DNA from: Hypanus sabinus
Lineage: Eukaryota
DNA: 64,000 nt
Assembly (NCBI RefSeq): GCF_030144855.1
Contig: NC_082710.1
Coordinates: 153,140,001-153,204,000, forward strand
Direction of reading: 5' to 3'
Positions 37,915-52,900 of the stretch are shown here, one piece after another. The notes beneath the pieces are model-generated. The model searched no databases and was not told the DNA's origin. It worked only from the letters and a program-made list of their open reading frames with translations. The translations under genes and the position numbers were made by a program. Each line of letters starts with the position of its first letter. Positions within the stretch are counted from its first letter, which is position 1.

Positions 37915-40900
37915 CTGTCCACCAAGTAAAGATTGGTAAATTTATAAATTATGTTATTATTGTCACCAGTTACCAGATACAGTGGAAATACTTGTTTTGC
38001 ATTCTGTCCATACAGATCTTTACATCAGGATATTCAGGTTGTACAAGGGAAAGCAGTAACAGAATGTAAAGGAATGTATTACTTTTACAGAGGATGTGTG
38101 GTGCTGGCTGGCAATAAGATGCAAGATCAAATAAAAGTTAAACTGTGAGGTCAGATGTCCATCTTACTCTGTTTGGAGACTATTCAGTTTTCTTACACCA
38201 GCAAGACAGAAGTGTTCATTGATCATAGTAGTACATGCTTTCAGGCTTTTGTATCTTTTGCCTGATGGGAGCTGGGTGAAGTGGGGTGGGGGGGGGGGGG
38301 GGAGAATAATCCTTCTTCTTCTTCTTCCTTGAGTTTTTAAGGCAGTTGGCATCCACATTTTTGCCTTACTGCCATCTTCAGGATTTATGGTCCCTCATTG
38401 TCCATTCACTTGACTGCCTAAAGTAGTCTTTCCAGTCCCGTCACCGTCACCACTTTACTCCCCTACTCCTTCCCATATCTACTCTGTTCTGAATTGAATG
38501 TAAATGTCTTCCTTTTATTGCTCTATCGCAGTGCTGCTGCCACTATTGATTTATCCTTCTCCACACTATGCTCTTCCCTTCTGATTTTGAAAGTTTATTA
38601 TTGACCTCTACAAAACCTTTTTTGACTGCTGCTTTTGCCAGCTTATCTGCTGTCTCATTTCCCATAATACCCGAATGTGCTGGAATCCACATGAATGCAA
38701 TATTTTTGCCTTGTCTAGCCAGTCTTGAATTTGCAAACAGGATTTCATAAAGCAGATCCTGGTGTTCTCTAGCTGTACCTGCCTTAATGCTTGCAAGGGC
38801 CGATACAGAATCGCTACATATCACAAAATTACTACAGTCAACCTGCGCACTCTATTCTAGTGCTAATAGTATGGCAAACATGTGAACTGCATAAACACTC
38901 AAGCAATCCGGCGTGCTCTTGCTAATTTCCATTTGATAACTTGGCACAACAATTGCAGACCCTGTTGCACCCATTTCTGGATTCTTTGATCCATCCATAA
39001 AAATCTGTACGTCCTTGTATTTACATTCCCTATACCTATAATATTCACTGAGTATAGAAGCCGTTTTATTACTGCATTTAATCTGAAGCAATTCAAAATC
39101 TACAGAGCGATTTTCTACTACCCAGAAAGGTCTGACAGGCCACACCACACTTGGACAAAACTCTTTAACATATACACCCATTGTCATGATTCCAGTTGGC
39201 TGTTCCCCTTTAACACTTCTTTCTCCCTGATCAAGCCCCAATTTCAGTCAATTGCTGCTAGTTACCCAATAATTGTACACCTGGCTTTCATCAGAGACTG
39301 GGAAATAAATACGAGGACAACTCTATCACAGGTTGCCAGTTCATTGGTCAATTCTCCTATGATACTTTGTTCCCTGTTCTGATTAGAACCGTTAGTTCTA
39401 AGTTCTGCTCTAGTTTTTAGTGAGTCCCTGTGAATCCCGTCTCCTTATTAAGATTCCTCTGGTTTCCTGCTCTACGTTCAGGTCTACGCCAGCCTCCCCA
39501 ACTGAGTCGATGTGCCAGTGTCCTGCACTTGGGTTCTCCTCGGTCGCCCCTGTGTAACAGAACAAACTGACCAGAATGAACCCAGCGGACACGGACCCGG
39601 TGCAACAGGCCCTCGTTAGCCAGGGCTCCTGACTGGGCATACATGACCAACTACTCGGAGAAATCATGAAAGATCTTAGTGCCCTATCCGAGGATGTAAA
39701 GAAGGTCAGTGAGCAGGTTGACTGGGTATCCGCTCCCCTGACTCCGTCCCTTCCAAGAACCCAGTCTGACCAAACCGCACAGCCTGGGATGGCTACGCTC
39801 CTTGGCTTGGCAACACAATCACCTTGAGAGCCTTGCGTAACCGAACCAGAGCCCTACCCTGGGGACCTAGGGAATTGCCGGGTTTTCTTACTGCAGTGCT
39901 CTCTGGTTTTTGAGCAACAGCCATGTATGTACAGCTTGGACAGATTAAAAATTACGTACATCATGGGGATGTTAAGAGGGGATGCCTTAACATGGGCCAC
40001 CACGATCTGGGGCAACTGGCCAGAGGTCTGCTCCTGCATCTCCACCTTCATCTCCAAAATGAGGAAGGTTTCTGAACAGCCGTTTCGCGGGAAGGATGCC
40101 GCTAGGCGCCTTCTGACTCTCTGTCAGGGCTCGCGAAGCGTAGCAAAATACTCCGTAGAGTTCCGAACATTAGCGGCCGACTCTGGTTGGAATGACGAAG
40201 CACTACAATAAGTGTTTCGACTGAGTCTCTCTGACAAGATAAAAGATGAATTAGTGGCCAGGGATGACACGAACAGCCTGGACTCTTTGGTCTCTCTAGC
40301 CACCAGGGTAGATAATCAGTTTCGAGAACATCTGAGAGAAAAGACTGGTCACCCCGCTCCTCGGGTCATCCTACGGCCCACCTTACCATCTGCGGCCAGC
40401 CTCTCTTCCCCGTCCGCTCCTAGGGTAGCCCCCACTCCAACTGTTCTGGTGAATCAGACGACACTCCCTTCTGTTCCCCAAACCCAGATGCAGATCCAAG
40501 CTACTGTAACCTACAACCAACAGTCCCTATCCTTGTCTACCTTGATAGACTCCGGTGCTGAGGGGAATCTGTTGGATGAAGACATAGCTGCCCAGGCCAG
40601 AATTCCTCAGGAACCGTTGTCTACCCCTCTGGAAGCCCGGGCACTGGACGGAAGACTTCTGGCTCGAGTCACTCACCGTACTCCACCACTGTCTTTGATC
40701 CTCTCTGGGAATCATCAAGAGCAGGTACAATTTAGATAGATAGATAGATACTTTATTCATCCCCAAGGGGAAATTCAACATTTTTCCAGTGTCCCATACA
40801 CTTATCGTAGCAAAACTAATTACATACAGTATTTAACTCAGTATAAATATGATATGCATCTAAAATCACCCTCCCAAAAAGCATTAATAAATAGCTTTTA

Positions 40901-43900
40901 AAAAAGTTCTTAAATAGTTTACTAAAGTGCGTTGAGTGGTAACTTAAGCTCAGTCCTAACCCCGGCACTTTAACATGTCTTGCCCCTGGTGGTTGAATTG
41001 TAGAGCCGAATGGCATTGGGGAGTAATGATCTCTTCATCCTGTCTGAGGAGCATTGCATTAACAGCAACCTGCCGCTGAAGCTGCTTCTCTGTCTCTGGA
41101 TGGTGCTGTGCAGAGGATGTTCAGGGTTTTCCATGATTGACCGTAGCATACTCAGCGCCCTCCGCTCTGCCACCGACGTCATACTCTCCAGTTCTGAGCC
41201 CACGACAGAGTCCGCCTTCCTTACCAGCTTATTAAGACGTGAGGCATCCCTCTTCTTAATGCTGCCTCCCCACCACAAAGAAGAGGGCGCTCTCCACAAC
41301 TGACCGATAGAACATCTTCAGCATCTCACTACAAACATTGAATGTCGCCAGCCTTCTGAGGAAGTACAGTCGACTCTGTGCTTTCCTGCACAGGGCATCT
41401 GTGTTGGCAGTCCAGTCTAGCTTCTCGTCTAACTGCATTCCCAGATACTTGGTCCTAACCTGCTCCATACATTCTCCATTAATGATCACTGGCTCCATAT
41501 GAGGCCTAGATCTCCTAAAGTCCACCACCATCTCCTTGGTCTTGGACGTTGTCCCAACGTTCGGGCCCGGAACAAAACGACATCCCTGTGCCGCCTTCTC
41601 TCGCCGACTGTCCCCGCTGAATGAAACTACGACGTGGGGAACCGGGAGCTACTAGCGTTCAAACTGGCGTTGGAGAGGAGGCACTGGTTGGAGGGGGCGG
41701 AACACCCGTTCATCATCTGGACAGACCACAAGAACCTTGAATATATCTAGACTGCCAAAGGTCTGAAATCCCGCCAGGCCCGTTGGGCATTATCTTTTGT
41801 CCGGTTCAGGTTTTCCCTTACCTATCGTCCAGGGTCCAAGAACGGAAAGCCCGATGCCCTCTCCTGCCAATACATTTCCAAGAAGGACCTTCACAACCCC
41901 AAGACCATTCTTCCACCATCCTGTATAGTGGCTGCCCTCACCTAGGAGATTGAGTCCAGAGTCAAAGGCCCAAAGGACTCGACCCAGGCACCGGACTTCC
42001 CAATCGCCTCTTTGTACCCGATGCTGTTCGATCACAGGTTCTACAGAGGGGGCACACTTCTCGTTTTGCCTGCCACCCCAGAATCGATCGGACCTGACAC
42101 ACCTGAACAGGCATTTCTGGTGGCCCTCCATGGACTCTGACACCCATTCCTATGTTTCTGCATGTTCCGTCTGCGCCCGTGGAAAGGCCTCCCATCGGCC
42201 ACCTGCGGGATTACTCCGTCCCCTACCTGTCCGTGGGCGTCCCTGGTCCCACATCACTTTAGATTTTGTCACCGGTCTACCCTCTTCACATGGAAACACT
42301 GCCATACTGTATTGGACCGTTTCTCGAAGTCGGTGCATTTTGTAGCCCTTCCTAAACTACCTTCTGCACAGGAGACCGCAGACTTTCAAGTCACCCACGT
42401 TTTCCAATTTCATGGAATCCCTTCGGATATTGTCTCCAACCGGGGACCTCAATTCATTTCACAAGTTCGGAGATCCTTTTGTCGAACCCTTGGTGCCTCA
42501 GTTAGCCTGTCCTCCGGGTTTCACCCACAGACGAATGGGCAGACGGAGCACATCAACCAGGAGTTAGAGGCGGCATTACGTTGTAGACAGCCAACAACCC
42601 ATCTACCTGGAGCAACCATCTCGCATGGGTAGAATACGCCCACAACTCCCTGGTCAGCACCGCTACCGGAAAATCTCCGTTTGAAAGCTCTCTTGGGTAT
42701 CAACCCCTGCTGTTGCACACCCAGGAAGAGGAAACTGTGGTGCCGTCAGTCCAGGCCCATATACACAGGCGGAAGATCTGGCAAGACACACGCACGGCCC
42801 TGCTTCGCTCCGTCAACCTTAACCAAAAAATTGCCGACTGCCATCGTACCCCTGCTCCTGAGCATTGACCTGGGCAGATGGTGTGGCTCTCGTCCAGAGA
42901 CATTCTTCTCAAGAACAAGCCCAAGAAGCTTGCCCCCCACTTCCTGGGACCCTTTGAGGTTGAGAGCATTATCAATCCCACGGCAGTGCGGCTCAAACTG
43001 CCTACGTCAATGCAGATCCATCCTACATTTCACGTCTCCCAGTTAAAACCTGCTTCTGTCAGCCCCTTATGCCTTCTGACTGAACCCCTCCACCACCCCC
43101 TCCCCCCGGATCATCGACGACCATCAGGATTACACCGTCCAGCAGTTATTGGATGCCCACTGTTGTGGCAGGAGTGTCCAGTACCTGGTCAACTGGGAGG
43201 GGTACTGTCCAGAAGAACGTTCCTGGATCCCCCGCTCCTTCATCCTGGACCCCTCTCTCATTCGAGATCTCCATCGGGACCATCCAGAAAAGCCTGGGGG
43301 GGTCACCCGGAGGCTCCCGTTGAGGGAGGGATACTGTCATGGTTCCGGTTGGCCGTTCCCTTTAACACTTCTTTCTCCCTGATTTTTGCCCCAATTTCAG
43401 TCACTTGCTGCTAGTTTACCCAATTACCACACACCTGGTGTTCATCAGAGACTGGGGAACAAATACGATGGCGACATGATCAAAGGTTGCCAGTTTGTTG
43501 GTCAATTCTCGTGTGATACTTCGTTCCCTAGTCTGATTAGAACCGTTAGTTCTAAATTCAGCAGCAGTTTCTAGATAGTCCGTGTAGATCCCGTCTCCTT
43601 GTCAAGATTCCTCCAGTTTCCTGTTCTATGTTCAGGTCTATGCCAGGCTCTCCAACTCAGTCGATGTGCCAGTGTCCTGCACTTGGGGTCTCCTCAGTTG
43701 CCCCCCCCCCCACAACAGTAACAGGAACCTAAAGGGCAACATTTTAACCCATAGGGTGGTCAATTTATGGGTGCTAGAAGAAGTGGTTGAGGCAGACAAG
43801 TTAACATCTTTTAAAAGATACATCCAACAGTAGATGGATCTAAAGGGTTTAGAGAGATATGGGCCAGGATATATGGGAGTTTCTTGAAGGGGAATCTTGA

Positions 43901-46900
43901 TTGACAAAGGTGTGCTGGGCTGAAGGATCTGTTTCTCTGCTGCCAAATTTTATGAATCTATGACAATCAAACACTCAACAGCCAGGCAGTGACCACTTGA
44001 CAGTCAGGTCTTCCCCACAGTCCCAATTGCTTCTTAGTTGTTCTTTCTGTTGAGTTCCTATTGTGTTTCTTTGACCAACAGCTCAACTGTTTCTGTAACA
44101 GCTGGTGAGCAGAAGGAACAGATTTAATTTGAGTGGCAAAAGAGCATAGTAAATAATAACTGACAAAATGGAAATGGGATATGTTCTTAGAATTAAGAAA
44201 TTTTCAGGTGTGTGAGAAGAAGTGGGGCTACTTGAGCAAGTCTTTCAAAGTAGGGGACAGGGTGGTGAAGATAGCCTACAGGATGCTGGATTGCATTGAT
44301 CAGGGCATAGAATTCAAGAGAAGGGAACTAATAGTGTAGCTTCATGGTGGAGATCCTTGATTAGGTCTTTCAAAGAGTTAAATAGGGTGGTGAAGGAAGT
44401 GTACAAGATAACAATTATCAGTGCTTCGAATACAAGAGCACAGAAATTATGGTACAGCTTTATAAAACATTGGTGAGGCTACATTCTGAGTATTGTTTAC
44501 AGTTCTTGTCACCAGAGGAGAGGTAAGATGTGATTGAATTAGACAGAGTGCAGAGGAGATTCATCAGAATGTGGCTCAGATGGATTGGGAAGAGAAAATG
44601 GATACACTGGGTTTGTTTTCCTTAGATGGGAGGAGACTGAGGGTGGACCTGATGGAGTTATACAAAATTATTAGGGTTGTAGATAGGAAACACATAGAAA
44701 ATGTTGGAAGAATTTTTTTAAATATATATTAATTCTGTTATTGCACTATTTTCAAATCTGTTTAACATATATATATATATATACATTATAGTTGATTTAC
44801 TTATTTTATATTTCTTCTTTCTATATTATCATGCATTGCATTGTTCTGCTGCTGCTAAGGTAACAAATTTCACAACACATGCCAGCAACAATAAACCTGG
44901 TTTTAATTCTGAAGAATGCTGCAGGTTTTGCTTGCTGCAGTTTATGCTTCCATTTCATGTGTTTGCTTGAAATGTAGTAAACTTTTCCCCATAGTAAAGG
45001 TGCCTGTAACTCGAGGTAGGTTTAAGATAATGATTAAGAAGTTTGTAGGGAATCTACAGATGAATGCTTTCACCAAGGGGGTGTTGGAGTTGGGAATGGA
45101 CTGCGTGAGGAGATGGTGGAGGCAGAGACCCTCATAATTTTCAAGATGTATCTAGATGAGCACTTGACTCATCAAGTTAGAGAAGGGGACGGGTTGTGCT
45201 TTTGAGAACTAGAAGGTTTGCATGAATCAGGTAGGCTGAAGAGCCTCCTTCTCTGCTACATGAGACCATGAGCCACCACAGGCAGAATGAAGCAAATTCT
45301 GTACCGTATAATGACCTACCTCCCTTCACCACCAGTGCCTGTGTCAGGCTGCTGTGCTCGACGCGACAGGCATAGATGTTTGGGTTGTTGCCCTGCAGCT
45401 CAATGACTAGTTCCATCCAGTATGTATCATTGAAGTTCGGTAGCACGGTCACCTTGTAGCCCTCAGAAACAACCTGCCCATTCTTCAACCACGAGGCCTT
45501 GATAGCACGGGGGTAGAATGGAGTGATGATGCATGAGAGACTCTCGCCTGCAGTAGCTGTTGGCCTCCTTGTCGACACCTGAGCCTCTGGAGCAACTGGG
45601 GAAGAATCAAAGATTATGTCACCATCTCAACACAGGCTGATGTTACCTTACTGTTACAGGCTGAAGTTACAGTGTTCAATTTTGATATTACTCTCACATC
45701 CGTCACTACCTCAGAACGTGATCTTTCTCACTATTACACTCACTATCTGATCTGAAATCTGCCTCCCCAGACCAAGCTCATGCAGACGACAGACAGAGAT
45801 TACGTTCATTCATCTGACAGGTCCAGATCGAGGTCACAGGTACTGTTCCCAATCCAACTGTCATGCAATATCCCAAATTAAGATCATCTTCAAACTGCAA
45901 GATGGAGAATGTCCTCAGCACAGCGGTGGTGATGAGAAGGTCTCTCACTGCCCCTGATCGGGAGATCAGTCAATGTCTCGATTTGGGGGCGCCCTCACTC
46001 AAAGATTTGAAGTACATTAATTATCAAAGTGTGTATACAGAATACAACACTGAGATTTATCCTCCAATGCAGCAAAGAAACAAAGAGACACCAGCGAACT
46101 CCTTCAAAGAAAACATCAAACACCAAACATGCAAAGAGAGAACAGATTGCACAAACAGCAAAGTGAGCTAGCAACACATGGAATATCAAACATCTGAGCA
46201 GGAGTATTTCTGTTCTTAATTGTCCATTCCCCATCTGTTAGGGCATAATAGTGACAATGACTCCAGGGGCAGTGTCTTGTACTGTGTGAGAGATGTGAAA
46301 CATTCAGTGTCTCAGATAAACACACCTGCACCAGGTGTGTCAAGCTGAAGCTCCTCAGAGAATGTGTTAAGAAATTGGACCTGCAGCTCAATGACCTTAG
46401 CTTCATATGGGAGAAAGAGGAAGTGGTAGATAGGATCTACAGGGAGGTAGTCACCCTAGGTTGCAGAAGATAGATAAATGGGTGACTGTCAGGAGAAGGA
46501 GCCTGTGGACATTCCCCACAATATAGTGTGCCACTTTAAATACTGTTGAGGGGGACAACCTACCGGGGGTAACCATAGTGATCAGGTCTCTGGCACTGAG
46601 TCTGGTGCTGTGGCTCAGAAGAGCAGAGAGGTGAAGAAGACTGCAGTGTTGATAGCAGATTACATTGTCAGAAGAACAGAGACAAGATTCTATGGTTACT
46701 ATGGAGACAGCCGGATGTTATGTTGCCTCCCAGTTGCCTGGATCACAGATGTCTCAGATCAGGTCCATTGCATTTTCAGGAGGGAGGGTGAGCATCCAGA
46801 AATCTTGGTGCATATTGGCACCAATGACATGGGTGGAGAAGTTGAGGAGGTCCTGAAGAGAGATTTTAGGGAGCCGTGTAGAAAGCTGTAAAACAGGACC

Positions 46901-49900
46901 TCCAAGGTAGTAATCACTGGATTTCTGCCCATGCCACACACCAGTGAGGGGAAGAATAGTATGATTTGGCAGGTGTATGTGTGGCCAAGGAATTAGTGGA
47001 GAGGGCAGGGGTTCTCTTCTGGGTATGACCTGTACAAAAGGGACAGGTTACACCTGAACCCAAGGGGGCCCAATATCCTTGCATGCAGGTTTGCTGGAGT
47101 TGTTCAGGAGGGATTAAACTAATTTGACAGGGGGATAGGAACCTGAGAGATAGTGCTGAGGATGGGGTAGTTGGTTTATAAACAAATGAAATTTATAATA
47201 GGACTCGTAGCAAGGAGAGGAGGATGATAGGGCAAAATTGCAATCAACAGGATGAGTTGCAATGTAAAAAGTGGTCAAAATCAAAAATGGTGAATACAGG
47301 ACTAAAGGTGTTATATTTGAATGTGTGCAGTATATGGAATAAGATCAATGAAATTGTAGCACAGTTACAGATTGGCATGTATGATTTTGTGTGCATCACT
47401 GAATCATGACTGAAAGAAGATTATAGCTGGGATATTAGCATTCAATCATACCCATTGTTTCAAAAGGATAGGCAGGTAGGCAAAGGGGGAGGTATTGCTC
47501 TGTTGGTAAAAAATGAAATCAAATCATCAGAAAGGCGATGCAGGGTCAGAAGACATTGAATTATTGTGGGTACAGCTAAGGAACTTCAGGGGTAAAACGA
47601 ACCTGTTGAGAGTTTATACAGACCCCTAAAAAGTAATAAGGATGTGGTCTCCAAATGACAATGGGAGATAGAAACTGCATGCCAAAAGGGCAGAGCTACA
47701 ATAATCATGGGGGATTTCAATATGCAGGTAGATTGGGAAAATCAGTTTGCTGCTGGATCCCAAGAAGCGGAATTTCTAGAATGCTTGTGGGATGGCTTTC
47801 TGAAGCAGCTCATGGTTGAGTCCACTGGGGTATCAGCTATTCTGGATTGGGTGTTGTGCAATGAACCAGAATTGTTTACAAAGCTTAAGGTAAGGGTACC
47901 ATTAGGGGTAAGTGATCATAATATATTAGAATTCACCGTGCCATTTGAGAAGGAGAGCTAAAGTCAGGTGCATCTGGATTACAGTGGAGTAAAGGAATTA
48001 CAGAAGCATGAGAGAGGAGCTGGCCAAAATTGATCTGAAAAGAAGACTGAAAGGGATGATGGCAGAGCATAAATGGATGGAGTTTCTGGAAGCAATTCAG
48101 AAGGCGCAGGATATCTACAACCAATAGAGGAAGAAGTATTCCAAAGGCGAGATGACATAAGGCGGGTGGCTAACGAGAAGTCAAAGCCAACATAAAAGCC
48201 AAAGAGAAGGATATAATAGAGCAAAAATTAGTGGGAAGTTAGAGAACTGGGAAAGTTTTAAAACCCAGCAAAAGGCAACTAAGTAAATCATTAAGAAGAA
48301 AAAGATGGAAAATAAGAGTAAGCTAGCCAATAATAAAGAGGATACAGTAAGTTTCTATGGATAGATGAAGTGCAAAAGAGAGGTGAGGTTGGATTTTGGA
48401 CGGCTGTAAAGTGATGCTGGAGAAGTAGTAACTGGGGACAATGAAATAGTGGATGAATTGAGGAAGACACTAGCAGTATGCTGGAAGCTTGGCAGTGTCA
48501 GGGGAGCAGGTGTGTGTGAAGTTGCCTTTACTAGACAGATGTTTCTTGGGAAAATGAAAGGTCTTAAAGTGACCTGGACAGATGGTGTTAATGCCAGGGT
48601 TCTGTAAGAGGTGGCTGCAAAGATTATGGAGGCATTAGTAATGATCTTTCAAGAATCTTTAGATTCTGGAATCATTGCAGAAGATTGGAAAATTGCAAAT
48701 ATTATTATACTCTTCAAGCAGGGAGAGAACCAGAAGAAAGGAAATTATAGGTCAGTTAGTCTGACCTCAGTTGTTGGGAAGATTTTGGAGTTGATTGTTC
48801 AAGATGGGGTTTTGGGGTACTTGGAGGCACATGATAAAATAGGTCGTAGTGGACATAGTCTCCTCAAGGGAAGATCTGTTGGAATTATTTGAAAAAATAT
48901 CAAGCCGGATAGACAAAGTAGGATCAGTGGATGTTGTGTACTTGGATTTTCAGAAGGCCTTTGATAAGGTGTGACAGAGATAGAACAAGGAAAGAGGTTC
49001 TACTGAGGGAATTTGAGCAACTAGGGACCAAATTAAAAAAGCAGAACAAATAAGGTGGGAATCTCTAGATTACTACTGAGCCACTAGCAAATTGGCATAG
49101 GGTTTAGAAGATTAGAGAGTAAAGTGTGTGGCTGAAGGATTGGTATGGGAGAAGTAGGTTTGAATTCATGGGAAATTGGCACAGTATCGGAGAAGGAGGG
49201 AGCTGTACCAATGGGACAAGCTCCACCTGAAATGTGATGGGAACTGGATCCTAGTGAATCGCATAACAAGGGCTGTGCATAGGAATTTAAACTAAATAGT
49301 AGGGGGGATGAGTTCAACAGATTAGAAAAATATAGATAAAGTAAAAGAGAAAAGTGTGGATAAAGAAAATGAAAAATCAAAAGATAAAAAAGAGAAAAGT
49401 AAGAGTGGAGTAAAGAAAAGTCAAGTCCAAAAGAGAAAAAGATTACAAGATTTTAAAAGCACAATGAGTGGAAGGGCACTTTATCTGAATGCCAGTAGTA
49501 AGGAAAATGAGGTCTGTGAACTTTTGGCACAAATCAGTACAAAGGGGTATGATTTCATGGGCATTACAGAATTGTGGTTGCAGGGTGGAGAGGATTGGGA
49601 AGTAAATATCCAAGGATATCAGGTAATACGGAAGGATAGGGAGGAATGTAAGGGAGGTGGGGTAGCACTCGTAATTGAGGATCAGATCAGGGCGATAGTG
49701 AAAGACAATATATCTAATGAGCAGAATTTTGAATCCATCTGGGTAGAGATTAGGAATAGAAAAGGGAAAAAAAATCACTGGTGGAAGTTGTCTATCGACC
49801 ACTGAATTATAACATTACAGTGGCACAGGCAATAAACAGACAAATATCTGTAGCATGTAAGAATGGAACAGCAGTTATCGTGGCGGTTTTTAACTTGCGT

Positions 49901-52900
49901 ATAGATTGGGTGAATCAAGTTGATGGAGGCAGTATTAAGGATGACTTCATAGAATGCATCCATGATGGCTTTCTTGAACAGCATGTTAATAAACCTACAA
50001 GGGAACATGCTATCTTAGATCTGGTCCTGTGCAATGATCAGGTAAAATTAGTGATGTTTTAGTTATAAAAAGTGATCACAGTGTGATTGAGTTTCTCATA
50101 CAAATGGAGGACGCAATAGTTCGATCGAAAACCAGTGTATTATGACTAAACAATGGAAACTACAATGGATATAGGGAGGATTTGGCTTGTGTGGACTGGG
50201 ACCACAGACCATATGGTGGGAGGTTTGAGAAACAGTGGAAGATTTCCAAAGAGATCTTTCCATAGTGTTCAACAAAAATGGATTCCAGTCAAAAGTGGGG
50301 AGTAAGTAAGGGTGGGGAGAGCCAGCCTTGGATAACTATGGAAATGAAAGAAGGCATCAAACTAAAAGCTTATTTGTACAAATTTGCCAAGAGTAGTGGG
50401 AAACTGGAAGATTGGGAAAACTTTAAAAAGCAACAAAGAACCACTAAGTGAGCAATAATGGAAGGGAAGACAGATTATGAAACTAAACCAGCACAAAATA
50501 TTAAAACGGTTTGTAAAAGTTGTTATAATTATATAAAGCAGAAAGGGGTGGCTTAAGTGAACATTGGTCCCTTGGAAGATGAGAAGGGGGATTAATATTG
50601 GATAATGAGGAAATGGCAGAGGCTTTAGATCTATGTTGTGTCGGTCTTCACAGTGGAGGTGGAGGACACGTCTAACGTGCCAAAGACAGATGTTATGGAT
50701 GCGATGGGAGGCAGGAACCCTGATACAATAGCTATCACTGAAGAGGTAGTGCTGAGCATACTTGTGGGCCTGAGGATAGATAAGTCCCAGGGTACTGAAA
50801 GAAATGGCAGAAGTTATAGTAGAGGCTTTGGTGATAATTTACCAAAATGGAACAATAGAGTTGGGGGTAATGTATTAGCATGGATAGAGGATTGGTTGAC
50901 TAATAGAAAGAAGAGAGTTGGGATACCTGGGGGTTACTCTGGTTGTCAATCAGTGGTGAGTGATGTGCTGCAGGAGTCTGTGCTGGGCTTGAGACTGTTC
51001 ACGATATACATTAATGATCTGGAAGAGGGGACGAGTGTAGTGTATCTAAGTTTATGTACGGTGTGGAAGCATCCTGAAATTTGTCAATAAGGTCTAAGCA
51101 GGAACTCCTGACACCTGAAAACTGCTGAATTGCATGTATTTTAAGGTATAAAAGATCATACTTGTGCTCACTTTAGCAGAGTCTTTTACTGGGCTCTCTG
51201 TAGTCATGTAATTAAGTAATTGAACTGAATACTGGAGTCTGTGTCTTTGTTTAATCGGCAATAGTAAATTTCTGTGACACTCAGTGTAGAGGAGCATCCT
51301 TTTAAAATGGAGATCAGGAAGTATTTCTTTTGCCAGAGAGCAGTACATCTGTGGAATTCGTTGCCACAAGCAACTTGGCAGCTGTGGAGGCCACATCTTT
51401 AGGTATATTTAAAACAGAGATTGATAGATTATTTATGGTCATGACATGAAGGGATACGGGTGAAGGCAGGACTTTGGAACTGTGAGGGATAATAGAGCAG
51501 CATGATGAAATGGCAGAGCAGACTCGATGAGCCAAATGGCCCCGTTCTGCTTCTATACCTTATGGTTTTATCGAGTCAAGATGTATTCAGTTTAGTTCAG
51601 TGCCTTGCCACTAGCCAAATGCAGGCTGCAGAATCAGTCTTCACTGAAGTGCCCAGTGTACACTGATGCACCCTGATCAAACCGCTCAGAAACAGCAAAA
51701 AAAGGGGAACCAGAATCCAGAAACACATGAACCCTAAAGTTCCCCAAAATGAGTCACAACCATGAGCCTCACCGATCAATCTGCAATGTGTAACACAAGC
51801 CTCCTCCACTTTCCTCCAACCGCAGCTAGGAAAAGGGAGAGGAATAGCAGCCAAATGCAATAGATGGCACCAAACACCAGCCTGGCCTCCGCCCCCGGCC
51901 TCGTCCACTTCAACCTTGCTCAACGCCTCAGTCAGAGAGAAGCAATGGAGCCAATCATGGGCTCACAGTCCTCCTCCAGGCCGGCGGGCTGTACACTCCA
52001 ATCAACTCACTGTTTCAAATTAGATCCCTCATTACGCCAGGTGGGAAACCCCTAACCATTTTGTTTTGGGAGCTTCCTCTCTTTCCCATATCAGGGGATC
52101 CCTCTGCATCTCAGATTGGGAGCTTCCTTACTGTCCAGATCAGGAGATTCCTCTCTGTCCCAGATTGGGAACACCATCAATTTGCTAGATCATCAAATCC
52201 TTCAGTATCTCGAATCATGACAGCCCACACCATCTCAGTCTCAGAGCCCCATAATCGTCTCAGACTGAGGTATCCCTTATGTCGCTGAATTGGGAGTTCC
52301 TTCACCATTACAGTATGTCTCCCTTACCTTGCCTTTCAAATGTTTCTTTTCCAAGCTGAACTGCTCTTTGCAAGGACTGAATGCAGTTAATCTTGAACGC
52401 AGTCACGACAGTGAAATTGAGTTGATTCAATTGATTATTGAACGCTGCTAGGACACCAGTGCCAGTGCATTTCTCTTCGTTGATATCACAGCTGACCTCT
52501 CCGAGATCCGGGATGTTGAATCTTAGAATCGCATTGAACATACTTCCAGATTGTGTGCAGCCCCAGAGTCCCTGTATGTAGCTGAAGCCTGTAAAGCACC
52601 AACAGATTAATTAACATCAACAGCTGAAGCTTCCAACACTTAAATCTGATATCCATTTGGATAATGGTCTGCTAAATACGTAAATGCTATGTGACAAAGA
52701 GGTGCACAAAGTAGTGGGTCACAGTGAGGGACTGTGTACAGTTAAGGCTGAGAGCATGGGGTGACAGTGTACCATATAGAACGTTTGTCAGTGTGTGGCA
52801 CAGATCACAGGGTCTTGTGGAATCAGTAATCAATGTGAGCAACTGTCTACATGGCAGGATGGGGGGGAAAGTTTAAAGAGATTCAATTTGTCATCAAAGA

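Noticed and set aside
37815-38069. Plus-strand frame open in both copies of the exon 5 block ([12 protein letters not shown]...)
   Set aside because: It is the antisense shadow of the hydrophobic frame; splice signals and substitution pattern favour the other strand.
44058-44101. Possible alternative terminal exon (acceptor ttccttctgctcaccag, [14 protein letters not shown]) giving a secreted isoform
   Set aside because: Only a plausible AG and a short open frame; no paralog conservation or other support. It would need RNA-seq junction reads.
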